Virus record (IMG/VR): IMGVR_UViG_3300009448_000011
Coordinates: 1-64,000 of that record
Length of the DNA stretch: 64,000 nucleotides
Strand: one strand, 5' to 3'
Source of the DNA: a virus
Notes under the pieces: generated by a model
The model's database searches: none
Told to the model about the DNA's origin: nothing
The model's input: only the letters and a program-made list of their open reading frames with translations
In this document: positions 41,827-51,049 of the stretch, piece by piece
Layout: each line of letters opens with the position of its first letter
Numbering within the stretch: position 1 is the stretch's first letter
Made by a program: the position numbers and the translations under genes

Positions 41827-44067
41827 TTATTGTATCCATTTTAAATACGAAGGATCTATAAAACAACATTTAATTAAATCTTCAGGAGTTCCTACGATAA
41901 CAAGTCCTTCGGGAGTTTTAACTCTACTCAAAGCAGTATAAATCATGCCACTTTGTTTAGATAAGAATCTTTGTCCCTCGCCGTTAATACATAATTGAAC
42001 TTTATCTAAGGTAAGTCCTTGAACTCTGTGTATAGTAGCCGCGCTAGCTAATCTAGCTCTCATAACAGTTAACTTTCCTATGGCTTCTTGTTTGTTTGCA
42101 AAACGATTTTTACTAAAATCAAAATGAAGTAATTCTTGAGGTTTTAAAAATATTTCTTTATTTTTTCTAAGTAATGAAAGATATAAAGTATTTTTCCATA
42201 AATCAGTAACTATGGCAGTATCCCCGTTAGCAAACCCTTCTTTTAAATTATTATATAATAATTGAACTAATGAACCTTTTTTAACTTCTAGCTTTAAAGG
42301 AAAATTATTCCAAGTAGGATGGGGCACACCTGTTAAAGTTGCATAATAACACCTACTTTCTCCTCGTAGTCTTTCAAGACAAATTTTATTATGCATTTCT
42401 ACTTCATTATTTGTTGAAAAAAAAGTAGTACCTCTAAAATAACTATCTACTTCTGGCACAAAACTAATATTATTTTTAAGCCAATCTAAACATTCATGAA
42501 TTTTTCCTTTTCTTATACAACTTAAAGCTTCTATAAACTCTTTATTATCTTGTCTTTTAACTTCTGTTAAATACTTTATTTCAAATCTTTGCCAACATTT
42601 AGCTCTAAAAATAGGGGCCCCTTCTACTGGGGCTAATTGGGCTAAATCTCCACTAATTAATAATCCTAAATCTTTATTATAGTCTTTATTAAATCTATCT
42701 AAAGATAAAACAATTAAATCTAATACGCTGGCGCTTATTAAGGAAATTTCATCAATTACTATATTATTATATTTCTTAGCAATCTTACTTAATGATTTAT
42801 CTATTGTTTTTGTACAAAACGCTCTTAATAAACTTTCTGCATTAAAATATCCTAACGCTGAATTAATAGTGGTAGCTTCTGTAGCATCTCTAATAGATCC
42901 TAAATTTAAAGCAGCTATCCCTGTGGTAGCAGTTCTTAACGCAAATTTAGGATCTTCTTGTATTTTTGAGTTTATATAATAACTATTATGTGTGACTACA
43001 AAGTTTTCCACTACATATGTGTGTAAAGGATTTTCTACCTGTATACATCTGCCATCTTTTTTTCCTACATAAATTATGTCAACTATTTTTTTATTTAAAA
43101 TATCTCCTATTTTTCCTTCTATAAATAAGTCACTTTTTCGTTGTAATGAAAATATATTTAAATTAATTCTAATAGAAACATTGTATTCTGTTGGAAAATT
43201 TTCATTACCTATATATTGTTCTAATTTAGCTATACCCCCTAACGATCTAACTAAAAACATTACATCATTTGCTAATTTATTAGATGTAGTATTAAATGTC
43301 ATTTTTTTAACTTTAGAAGGGCTTAAATTAATATCTCCCCTACTATCCATTAATCCTTTTAATATTTTTAATCTATCTGAAATTGACGAATATAAATAGT
43401 TATTAGGAATAAATTTACAGGAATTATAAAACCACAATAAACCTAAATCTGAAAGATATTGTTTTATTTCACTAGATAGCGTAAATGTACCTGAAGACTT
43501 ATTTAAAGGTGTTTGTAATAATGTAGTTTTAATATTTAAAGGTAATAAGTTATCAAAAATAAGTTTAATTTCTATTGCATCTTTTAAAGGACAACTAACT
43601 GTTATTTGTTCCTGAAAATTTCCATTTCCTAACATATATCCTAATATATAAGGATGTAATGTTAACAGTTGTGCGTTTATATTAATAGGACTACATAAAG
43701 GAATAGAATATTTATAGCTTTTTATTTTATTATCACTTTTAAAATCTTTTAACATTTCTTTTGTAGAAAGCACTTTATACTTATTTCTCTTTAATGATTT
43801 TAAGTTTGTTGTTTGTACTTTCCATAAATGATCTTCACAAGCTTCTATAAACGTGTCGTCATTAAATACTACTTTATATATATTTAAGTCTTTTCCTTCC
43901 CATATATTTAAAATTTTAGTGGGATTTCCATCCTCACATATTACTTCACTATTAATTGTTAATTCTTTATTCTTAATATATCCTTCAGGCGTTAACACTA
44001 ATGTTTCATTTGTTAGTAATTTTCCAGTTCCTGCTGAACCAAATAAAGCGTTTAATCTAGTTTCCAT
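41827..44067 (-). CDS. Pif1/RecD-like SF1B helicase precursor with intein (mature protein about 401 aa)
   Basis: GSAGTGK|S, ATTGIAA, IDEIS, GDLAQLAPV, LTEVKRQ, ANGD, TIHRVQGLTL, YTALSRV. Confidence 0.9.
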   Translation of the reverse strand: METRLNALFGSAGTGKLLTNETLVLTPEGYIKNKELTINSEVICEDGNPTKILNIWEGKDLNIYKVVFNDDTFIEACEDHLWKVQTTNLKSLKRNKYKVLSTKEMLKDFKSDNKIKSYKYSIPLCSPININAQLLTLHPYILGYMLGNGNFQEQITVSCPLKDAIEIKLIFDNLLPLNIKTTLLQTPLNKSSGTFTLSSEIKQYLSDLGLLWFYNSCKFIPNNYLYSSISDRLKILKGLMDSRGDINLSPSKVKKMTFNTTSNKLANDVMFLVRSLGGIAKLEQYIGNENFPTEYNVSIRINLNIFSLQRKSDLFIEGKIGDILNKKIVDIIYVGKKDGRCIQVENPLHTYVVENFVVTHNSYYINSKIQEDPKFALRTATTGIAALNLGSIRDATEATTINSALGYFNAESLLRAFCTKTIDKSLSKIAKKYNNIVIDEISLISASVLDLIVLSLDRFNKDYNKDLGLLISGDLAQLAPVEGAPIFRAKCWQRFEIKYLTEVKRQDNKEFIEALSCIRKGKIHECLDWLKNNISFVPEVDSYFRGTTFFSTNNEVEMHNKICLERLRGESRCYYATLTGVPHPTWNNFPLKLEVKKGSLVQLLYNNLKEGFANGDTAIVTDLWKNTLYLSLLRKNKEIFLKPQELLHFDFSKNRFANKQEAIGKLTVMRARLASAATIHRVQGLTLDKVQLCINGEGQRFLSKQSGMIYTALSRVKTPEGLVIVGTPEDLIKCCFIDPSYLKWIQ
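42985..44019 (-). mobile_element. Intein in helicase P-loop (345 aa), Leu-start class 3 type
   Basis: Starts LLTNETLVLTPEG after GTGK; ACEDHLW; GRCIQV; ends VVTHN|S; LGYMLGNG / LKGLMDSRG. Confidence 0.85.
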
Positions 44068-44285
44068 TATAAAGAAGTCCTTTTCAAATTATCTACTGAA
44101 AGTTTTTTAACAATAGTATCGCCGTGCACCCAAGCAAGCTCATGTTCATTCAAATAAATTTGTTTATATAAGTCAATCATTTTAGCAAATAATTCTGTAT
44201 ATTCCATACCACTTTGAGTTTTAACAAAGTTGATAAAATAGGAGGATTCTCCTTTTAATACAAGTGTAATAGTAAGTTCATTCAT
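44067..44285 (-). CDS. Small hypothetical (ribbon-helix-helix-like) protein
   Basis: 72-aa coupled ORF. Confidence 0.45.
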   Translation of the reverse strand: MNELTITLVLKGESSYFINFVKTQSGMEYTELFAKMIDLYKQIYLNEHELAWVHGDTIVKKLSVDNLKRTSL

Positions 44286-44297
44286 TTTTTAAAGAAT

Positions 44298-44570
44298 TTA
44301 AAATCCTAATTGAATTTTATTTAAATTGTCAAATAAATTGTTATGTGTTTTGGTATCCAGTATTAAATTAGTAAAATTCAAAGACTGATTAAACCTTAAA
44401 GCTTGCGCGGGTGTTAAACTAACACAATATAAATTAAGATCTTTATGTGTATTTATCCTAGCCCTTAATTCTAATTTTGATAAATTTTCTTTACTTAAAA
44501 TTAATTCTGTATCAAATCTTTTTAGTACAGAAGAATACAAAAATACATAAATTTTTTCTTGAGATTTCAT
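44298..44570 (-). CDS. Hypothetical protein
   Basis: 90-aa ORF. Confidence 0.5.
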   Translation of the reverse strand: MKSQEKIYVFLYSSVLKRFDTELILSKENLSKLELRARINTHKDLNLYCVSLTPAQALRFNQSLNFTNLILDTKTHNNLFDNLNKIQLGF

Positions 44571-44575
44571 GTTAT

Positions 44576-44599
44576 AAAAAAAAAGGGGCTCCCCCCTCT
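44576..44599 (-). terminator. Intrinsic terminator after the C39 peptidase gene
   Basis: - strand AGGGGGGAGCCCCT followed by a long T run. Confidence 0.55.
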
Positions 44600-44622
44600 A
44601 AATATTAAATTAATTCGAAAAT

Positions 44623-45417
44623 TTAAACTAGTGAATTAAATTGTGTAAATATTCCTTGCCAACGCCAATCAAATTCAATTTCAGGCATCCAATATATTCC
44701 TTTATGTTTATCACTATAATTAGTAGAAGGCTTAGTTCCCCAAGGATCATAGATTAAGAATCCTTTAGTTTTATCATAATCAACAATTACAATAATATGC
44801 CCCCCAGCTCTAAAACTTTTTGTTAAACCTTTGTGGTAAATATTAACACAAGTAATTTTAGTTTTATCTAATTCTTCTAAAAGTGCTTTTTTACCTGCAT
44901 TGGAATACTTACATTTAACTCCAAAAGACTTACAAACATTATGTACTATATCCCATGAAGCAGAATTGTTATTAGCATATTTTCCATATTTATTAGAATA
45001 TACCCTAGTAACAAATTCATTGTCATTTACTAACTGCCCTTTATTATTTTTTCTTAATATAAAATCTACATACATTGAGTGGCTAGAAGAACTACAAGAA
45101 ATTGCCCAAGATTGAACATTATCTCTTTGACTAAAATACTTAATAGATAAATCTTCTGCTTTTTGTGTATTTTGTTGAAATAAATTAGTCCGCCATAACG
45201 CAATAAACTTATCAAGCGTTGGTTTACTTAATTGTAATTCTAACCAACTTAGATCTGCCTCTGTAGCCTCAATCCAATCAGAACTTTTTATTAACTTTAA
45301 TTTTGTAGCCGCAGGAGTCTTTAATAATAAATTACCCAGATACTCTACTGCCTCAATTTGATGCGGTTCTTTTTTATAATACTTCTTAACATTAATAAGC
45401 GATATATTTGTGCTCAT
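44623..45417 (-). CDS. Peptidase C39-like protein, putative endolysin
   Basis: YFSQRDN...SC, GGHIIVIV.YD, IYDPWG (Cys-His-Asp); N-terminal KYYK..PHQ..A..YL domain as seen in cyanobacterial/cyanophage wall hydrolases. Confidence 0.7.
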   Translation of the reverse strand: MSTNISLINVKKYYKKEPHQIEAVEYLGNLLLKTPAATKLKLIKSSDWIEATEADLSWLELQLSKPTLDKFIALWRTNLFQQNTQKAEDLSIKYFSQRDNVQSWAISCSSSSHSMYVDFILRKNNKGQLVNDNEFVTRVYSNKYGKYANNNSASWDIVHNVCKSFGVKCKYSNAGKKALLEELDKTKITCVNIYHKGLTKSFRAGGHIIVIVDYDKTKGFLIYDPWGTKPSTNYSDKHKGIYWMPEIEFDWRWQGIFTQFNSLV

Positions 45418-45488
45418 CTATTTCTATTTACTTCTATTTTTACATTTTACATTTTACATTTTAAGTTAAAATTAACGGTAAAAAGTAA

Positions 45489-45671
45489 TTAAAACATTAA
45501 AATTAAAATTAAAATAAATTTTCTAATTAATTCAAAACATACTCTTACTACTTTTTCAATAAAAGAATAAAAAGGATTTAATACATATATCTGCACAATA
45601 ATTAGTGTTTGTTCAGGATAATGTAAAAAGTAAAAATACCCTTCTTTTACTTTATTTATTAAGTTTTTCAT
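45489..45671 (-). CDS. Small hydrophobic protein (holin candidate)
   Basis: 60 aa, hydrophobic, immediately upstream of the putative endolysin. Confidence 0.25.
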   Translation of the reverse strand: MKNLINKVKEGYFYFLHYPEQTLIIVQIYVLNPFYSFIEKVVRVCFELIRKFILILILMF

Positions 45672-45858
45672 AAGCTTTTTATTATTTTTTTAATGGTAAT
45701 TAATTTACCTAAAATTTTAATACTTGGTTTTTTGTTTTGTAAGACACAATATAGACAATATTTTAACCAAGTCTCTCTACAAAAGTAAGCACAATACATA
45801 TGTACGTATATACTTACAGATAATTTGTTTAATAAAGATTTCATTTTTTTAATTAAAT

Positions 45859-45905
45859 GAGAATTCCCCCGTCAAGCAAGTGCGCTATAACGGTGGATAG
45901 TTCAC
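45859..45905 (+). mobile_element. Orphan IS200/IS605-like right-end remnant
   Basis: GAATTCCCCCGTC...ACGGTGGATAGTTCA resembles the right end of the TnpB element at 60946-60993 (GAATCCCCCGC...GCGGCGGGAGTATGTCAA); GC-rich island. Confidence 0.4.
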
Positions 45906-46318
45906 ATTAGGCGTATTTTCAATTCAGTATATTTTAAATTATGGGATAGTTTAAAAACTTCTACGTCATATAAACAACAGATCTTTTCAAACACATCATA
46001 ACCTTTCCAAGTACTTAAGCCTTTGCCAAACAAAACAATTAATAATTTTTTAGGAGGATTAAAAAAATAAGAATAACACAAAATTTGGCCTAGGGCTTCT
46101 TTTGCATTAGTATATATTTTGAATTCTACTATATATTTTTGAGTAACTAGATCAATATAACCTAAAGGAGTTTTAACTTCTGATTTTCCTAAATGTCTAA
46201 AATTATCTACACATTGTTTTTCTTGACCTTTATTAGGTGTTTTAATTTTACGGGGCTTTTTTGCTTTAATTAAGGCATTAGCTAGTAATTGTTGTCTAGG
46301 TGACGTAGGCTTAGTCAT
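45902..46318 (-). CDS. Restriction-endonuclease-like PD-(D/E)XK protein
   Basis: EVKTPLGYIDLVT...IVEFK...KEALGQILCY. Confidence 0.7.
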   Translation of the reverse strand: MTKPTSPRQQLLANALIKAKKPRKIKTPNKGQEKQCVDNFRHLGKSEVKTPLGYIDLVTQKYIVEFKIYTNAKEALGQILCYSYFFNPPKKLLIVLFGKGLSTWKGYDVFEKICCLYDVEVFKLSHNLKYTELKIRLM

Positions 46319-46868
46319 TTAAAATAGTAAACACAAGGTCATATATAGCATCTGTAAATAATTGCGAACCATCATTTTGTATTACAGTAGTACATATATC
46401 AGGCCCTAAATCTAAATAGCTTCTACTATCCCCGTTAAATGTATGCCCTTCTCTTTCAATTTTTACTAGAATTATATTATGAGCTCCGTATTCTTTTATT
46501 AACACTTCAGCTTCTTCTGTGAATCCACTATCAGAAATAACAATTAATTTATTGTTATACTCTTTTAATTCTTCTGCTAAGATTTTACCAAATATATTTT
46601 TTCCATGAGTTGGTTTAAAATATAATTCAGATACATTTATATATGCTTGACGTGGTGTAATTCCATAAAAGTCACAATTAGGAAGATCTTTTACTTCTTC
46701 ATAATAATTATAAGGACGATTAATAAATCCATATAAGGCATGAGTCTTTTCTTTAAGGATGCCTGCAAATTTTACTTGTCTAGTATTTTTAAAAGTTTTA
46801 ACTATATAAGTTGCTGCAAAATCTTTGCCACTACTAGGTGGCCCATTAAGTAATATAATTTTCATCAA
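46311..46868 (-). CDS. Deoxynucleoside monophosphate kinase
   Basis: LNGPPSSGKD, KFAGILKE, TPRQ, VISDSGF. Confidence 0.8.
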   Translation of the reverse strand: MMKIILLNGPPSSGKDFAATYIVKTFKNTRQVKFAGILKEKTHALYGFINRPYNYYEEVKDLPNCDFYGITPRQAYINVSELYFKPTHGKNIFGKILAEELKEYNNKLIVISDSGFTEEAEVLIKEYGAHNIILVKIEREGHTFNGDSRSYLDLGPDICTTVIQNDGSQLFTDAIYDLVFTILND

Positions 46869-46927
46869 ATAACAATATAAATTTTTTTGTAATCAATTCC
46901 CTTCAGACATACCTATCCTATGTCAAC

Positions 46928-48523
46928 TTAATTCTTGCTCTCCAATTGAGTAGTTTTATTATTAACTTTTAAGCCAGCGTATTCGTCTTTTATAGCCTTA
47001 ATGGTTATATTAATTAAGTCAGCATATGCCTTTGCAACTTCACATTTAATAACTGAAACATTATTAATTTTGTGAAATATTAATTGTTGCGATAATTCTT
47101 CGTTAGGTTGTTCGTTAATAGGAAAAGCAGAACCTGAAATTGTGGCGAATCCAAATTGATCAATATTAACTACTGTTTTGTTATCAACACCTAGTGCTTG
47201 ATTAAGTAACAAAACATTATTATATGAAACTCTTGCTTCAACTTTAGACATAGGTTTTAATTCAATTTGTAATATATTAGACAATTGTTTTAATTTAATT
47301 AAAGCTGAACTTAATAGAATACCGCCATCGTGTTGATACGATACAGATTCATTATGCAAATCTTTCAAATATTCTCTTTCATATCTTTGAAGATTCTCAG
47401 ATGTTTTGGCCATTTTGGAAAATGATTTACAAGTTTGCATCCATTTGCTTAATTTCTTTGTAAACTTTTTAAGTGCAGTACCTAGCACTATTAATACTTT
47501 CAATTGACCAAGGAAGTTCAACTTACCTGCAATTTCATCATTCAAAATTAACTTTTGCAAAGTAAATCTATTTTTAGACGCCACTTTGTTAAGAGTTCTA
47601 GGAATACGCGCACCGTTCAAAACACTTAAAAATGCAATTTTTAAACTTCCTTTTGTTAATTCAGGAATATTAATTTCATTATTAAGAATTCCTTCTAGCC
47701 CACTAGAGTCAAACATTTTTGTTAAATGTTGATGTGCAATAGTAATATGACATTTAACTGCGTCAACATTAATAGTCTCAGCTCCTGACATCGAGTAAGA
47801 CCTTAATTCTTTTGATAGATTCAAATAGCCGCCGCCAACCTCATACAATCTACAACCCTGTACAGGTTCAATATACTCAGGAATATACTTAAATATACCA
47901 CTTGAAAAATCTCTTGAAGTAGTACGCGCCAACATTGCTTGAAAACACCGTATATTGTGCGCCAACTTTAATTTTAAACTTTTTCTTTTTTTTAAATTTG
48001 TTTGTTGTTTAAACTCGGTATGAATATTTCGTAATCCCGCTATAATACCAAAAGCATTAAAAGGACATTCTTTCTGATCTTTGAATTTAAATCTATTTTT
48101 TTTAATTAAAGATTTTGCACTCAACGAAACATTTTCCAAAACAGAATAAGTACGTTTTTTTAAACCACTTTTAACCAACAATTCTTTAATTGCCAAATCA
48201 TCTAAAGTTTCAATCACAATAGGTGCAACTTTAAAAGCTGTACAAAAATGACGATATTGATTATATCCTGATTTTGTAATTAAACCTTTGGCGATTAAAG
48301 AATTAACATTGGCGCCTTGAAAAAACTTTTGTTTAAAAGACCAAGGAATAGGCACGCCTAGCCAATTATCATCTTTGTTTACAGCCAAATTATTTAAATG
48401 ACAATTTAACAAATGAATGAACCACATTTTTGTTTTTTCATTTTCACCCAATAACAAATCTTGCAAATATTCATTTTGCAATTTATAGACTCTTAAAGAA
48501 CATTGAGTGAATAATTTAGTCAT
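46928..48523 (-). CDS. Divergent PolA-superfamily (TV-Pol-like) polymerase/primase
   Basis: Ordered motifs GCRLY, INVDAVKCH, LKIAFLSVLNG, LQRYE, QHDG. Confidence 0.5.
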   Translation of the reverse strand: MTKLFTQCSLRVYKLQNEYLQDLLLGENEKTKMWFIHLLNCHLNNLAVNKDDNWLGVPIPWSFKQKFFQGANVNSLIAKGLITKSGYNQYRHFCTAFKVAPIVIETLDDLAIKELLVKSGLKKRTYSVLENVSLSAKSLIKKNRFKFKDQKECPFNAFGIIAGLRNIHTEFKQQTNLKKRKSLKLKLAHNIRCFQAMLARTTSRDFSSGIFKYIPEYIEPVQGCRLYEVGGGYLNLSKELRSYSMSGAETINVDAVKCHITIAHQHLTKMFDSSGLEGILNNEINIPELTKGSLKIAFLSVLNGARIPRTLNKVASKNRFTLQKLILNDEIAGKLNFLGQLKVLIVLGTALKKFTKKLSKWMQTCKSFSKMAKTSENLQRYEREYLKDLHNESVSYQHDGGILLSSALIKLKQLSNILQIELKPMSKVEARVSYNNVLLLNQALGVDNKTVVNIDQFGFATISGSAFPINEQPNEELSQQLIFHKINNVSVIKCEVAKAYADLINITIKAIKDEYAGLKVNNKTTQLESKN

Positions 48524-48530
48524 TCAGATA

Positions 48531-48971
48531 TTATAACACATGTTTAAGATGAAGGTGAGAAAAAATAGAATCAAGGTTAGAACATTTTTCAAAATTAAGA
48601 AAAAAAGGATGGTGATAGAATTTTGGAGGGAGTCCCACCAAAATTACTCGTTTTCCAAGTTCTAGGGCCATGCCCAATTCCAGTAGAGTGCCTATCATAG
48701 GAAGATGCCCCAAAGTATCTACCTTTGCAATGATGATATCTGAGTGTTTAATGTCCCAGCGATCACGTCGTAGAATATACAAAGGATTGGTGGTTAAGTT
48801 CGCATCATTTAAAATTTCGGTAGAAAGATATTCAAGTGAATTTAAATAGCGAGTAGGTGACAAAACATTATATCCGTATTTTGTTAATGAAGTCCCAAGA
48901 GTTTCTCGCCACTGAGTAGCTTCCTTAAAAATTAATCCGTTAATACTGCCTGCCAAATAGACTGTTTTCAT
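48531..48971 (-). CDS. Nucleoside 2-deoxyribosyltransferase-like / nucleotide hydrolase
   Basis: VYLAGSI, RDRWDIKHSDIII, GTLLELGMA. Confidence 0.8.
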   Translation of the reverse strand: MKTVYLAGSINGLIFKEATQWRETLGTSLTKYGYNVLSPTRYLNSLEYLSTEILNDANLTTNPLYILRRDRWDIKHSDIIIAKVDTLGHLPMIGTLLELGMALELGKRVILVGLPPKFYHHPFFLNFEKCSNLDSIFSHLHLKHVL

Positions 48972-48975
48972 TATT

Positions 48976-49410
48976 TTAAAGTTTTTTTTCCTGATAAGAA
49001 CCCGACAATATTAAATCACCTTGACTTAAATCTTTGTTTTGTTTGTACCCAAAAGTCCGCCTTGTTTTAAAAGAATCGTTTAAAAATACAATTTTTTCAT
49101 CAAAAATGACATTATTATAGATTGTAAGTGTATGCAATACTTTGTGTGAAATAGAAAGAATGCGGGAAGTAGTAGGATGAGAGGTAAAGTAGCCAGAGCC
49201 CCGTTGTATTTGAGTATCGTCGTTAAAAGTACAATTAAAAGAACCTTTGCCGTTAATGGAAGACCAAACAACGTCATAATAGTTAACAAAAGGATTAGTC
49301 CAAGTAAAGGTAGTAATGAAACTTTTGATAGTGCCGGAAGTAGGATAAAGATAAGTACGATGACTTTCCCAAGTACCCAAACTGCGATTAAAAAAAGAAG
49401 TTAATTTCAT
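48976..49410 (-). CDS. CpcS/CpeS-type phycobiliprotein lyase
   Basis: FFNRSLGTWESHRTY, RGSGYF, FDEKIVF...KTRRT, SYQEKKL match the S-type bilin lyase pattern. Confidence 0.7.
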   Translation of the reverse strand: MKLTSFFNRSLGTWESHRTYLYPTSGTIKSFITTFTWTNPFVNYYDVVWSSINGKGSFNCTFNDDTQIQRGSGYFTSHPTTSRILSISHKVLHTLTIYNNVIFDEKIVFLNDSFKTRRTFGYKQNKDLSQGDLILSGSYQEKKL

Positions 49411-50906
49411 AAAAGGTTAATATTTTCTTTACCATATATAGTAGTAGCAATTTGAATTCTATTTTGGGATTGATTTTTAAACCAAAACTGAGTATCTATA
49501 AAATCAATAACAGTAGGAAATTGTTTGCCGTCTTTCTTACGTAATAAACGGCCGACGCGTTGTATAAAATCATTACTAGATTTACCTGCGGCGGCCAAAA
49601 TAATACTAGAAAGACTAGGAATATTGATACCTGCAGTAAGAACTTTAGGACCAGCAATAACGCCATTTATTTTACTATCCTTTAAATCTTGAATAATAAG
49701 TTCTCTTTTTTTCTTAGAAAGATAGCCACTAATAATAGGAAAATTCAAACCATGTTGTGATAAGAGAGAAGAAATAATATCAGCATGATTGCCATCGCCT
49801 TTAACTTTATTAACAATAATAATAATAGGACCTTGTTTCTTATTAACTTCTTCAATTGCTTTAGTAACAATAATATGATTACGACCTGAATTATTTATAA
49901 TTAAATTATTATAAACAAGAGGTAAAATTTTATATCTATGAGAGTCAGAAAGAGTACTAATATTAGCGGCATTTTTTTGCAAAGAAGTAGGTAAAAACCC
50001 TTTAGGAGAAGTATAGAAATAAAATTTAGGTTGCATTATAATATTTTGTTGTATTAAATCCAGTTCAGAGATAGTACAAATACGAGAACCAAAAAAGGCT
50101 TCTAAAAAGAGAGAGTGAGGGCCAACAATGTCGGGAGTAGCAGAAAAAGCCAAAGAAATGCGGCGATTAGTTAAGTGTTCAATTAAAGATTGAAAAGTAG
50201 GATTACAAGTTAAATGACATTCATCAGTCAACAAAACATCGACAGAATTTAAATAAGATTTTGATTTAGATAAATTAGATAAAGAATTAGGAATACCGAC
50301 AGTGACATCATTAAAGATATAATGTCCATCGCCGACAATACCGATATTAATTAAAGGAGAATGAGAGAGAGAAAAATAGTCATTAATATCGTGAGTCATT
50401 TGATATAACAAATTAATAGTAGGAACTGTAATTAATACTTTCAAATGATCTTGAGTAAATATTTTAACTAATTCGCCGATACAGAAACTTTTCCCAGAAC
50501 TAGTAGGAGATTTTACAATGCCGCGTTTAAATTGTAAACAAGAGGTTACAATTTGTTTTTGGTGAGGACGTAAGATAGAGCTAAGAGAGAGAGAGTGAGG
50601 AATATATTTAGGAATAGTAGAAACAATTTCCAAATCAGAGCGTGAAATAACGGTATTATCGTCCCAAATATCTGTTAAGAGTCTAGAAATAAAACCTGAG
50701 TACAAAAAAACATCCCAAGTATTATTATTATTTTTAGTAGCTTTAAAGAGATATTTTTTAGTAGCGGCAAGAGTCAAACAATTAGGACTAAAAAGAGATA
50801 GAGTAGCTTCATCAATAAAGTGTACTAATTCTTTAGATAAATACTCTACATACTCTCGGGGACATTCTTTCAATATAGAATATGTAGGTGAATATTTTAT
50901 TTTCAT
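49407..50906 (-). CDS. SF2 helicase (UvsW-like)
   Basis: LRPHQ, PTSSGKS, TDECH, SATP, GINIPSL, QRVGRLLR. Confidence 0.88.
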   Translation of the reverse strand: MKIKYSPTYSILKECPREYVEYLSKELVHFIDEATLSLFSPNCLTLAATKKYLFKATKNNNNTWDVFLYSGFISRLLTDIWDDNTVISRSDLEIVSTIPKYIPHSLSLSSILRPHQKQIVTSCLQFKRGIVKSPTSSGKSFCIGELVKIFTQDHLKVLITVPTINLLYQMTHDINDYFSLSHSPLINIGIVGDGHYIFNDVTVGIPNSLSNLSKSKSYLNSVDVLLTDECHLTCNPTFQSLIEHLTNRRISLAFSATPDIVGPHSLFLEAFFGSRICTISELDLIQQNIIMQPKFYFYTSPKGFLPTSLQKNAANISTLSDSHRYKILPLVYNNLIINNSGRNHIIVTKAIEEVNKKQGPIIIIVNKVKGDGNHADIISSLLSQHGLNFPIISGYLSKKKRELIIQDLKDSKINGVIAGPKVLTAGINIPSLSSIILAAAGKSSNDFIQRVGRLLRKKDGKQFPTVIDFIDTQFWFKNQSQNRIQIATTIYGKENINLL

Positions 50907-51049
50907 ATGACATATTTAATCTTTTTAAATACCAGTTAATATATTTTAACACAATTTTTATTTTACCTAAAACATATTAACTAGTTAATTTAAAAAAAAT
51001 AAATTAAAGAGGGAGAGAGAGAGAAGTTAAGGAAGAATAATATATTTAA

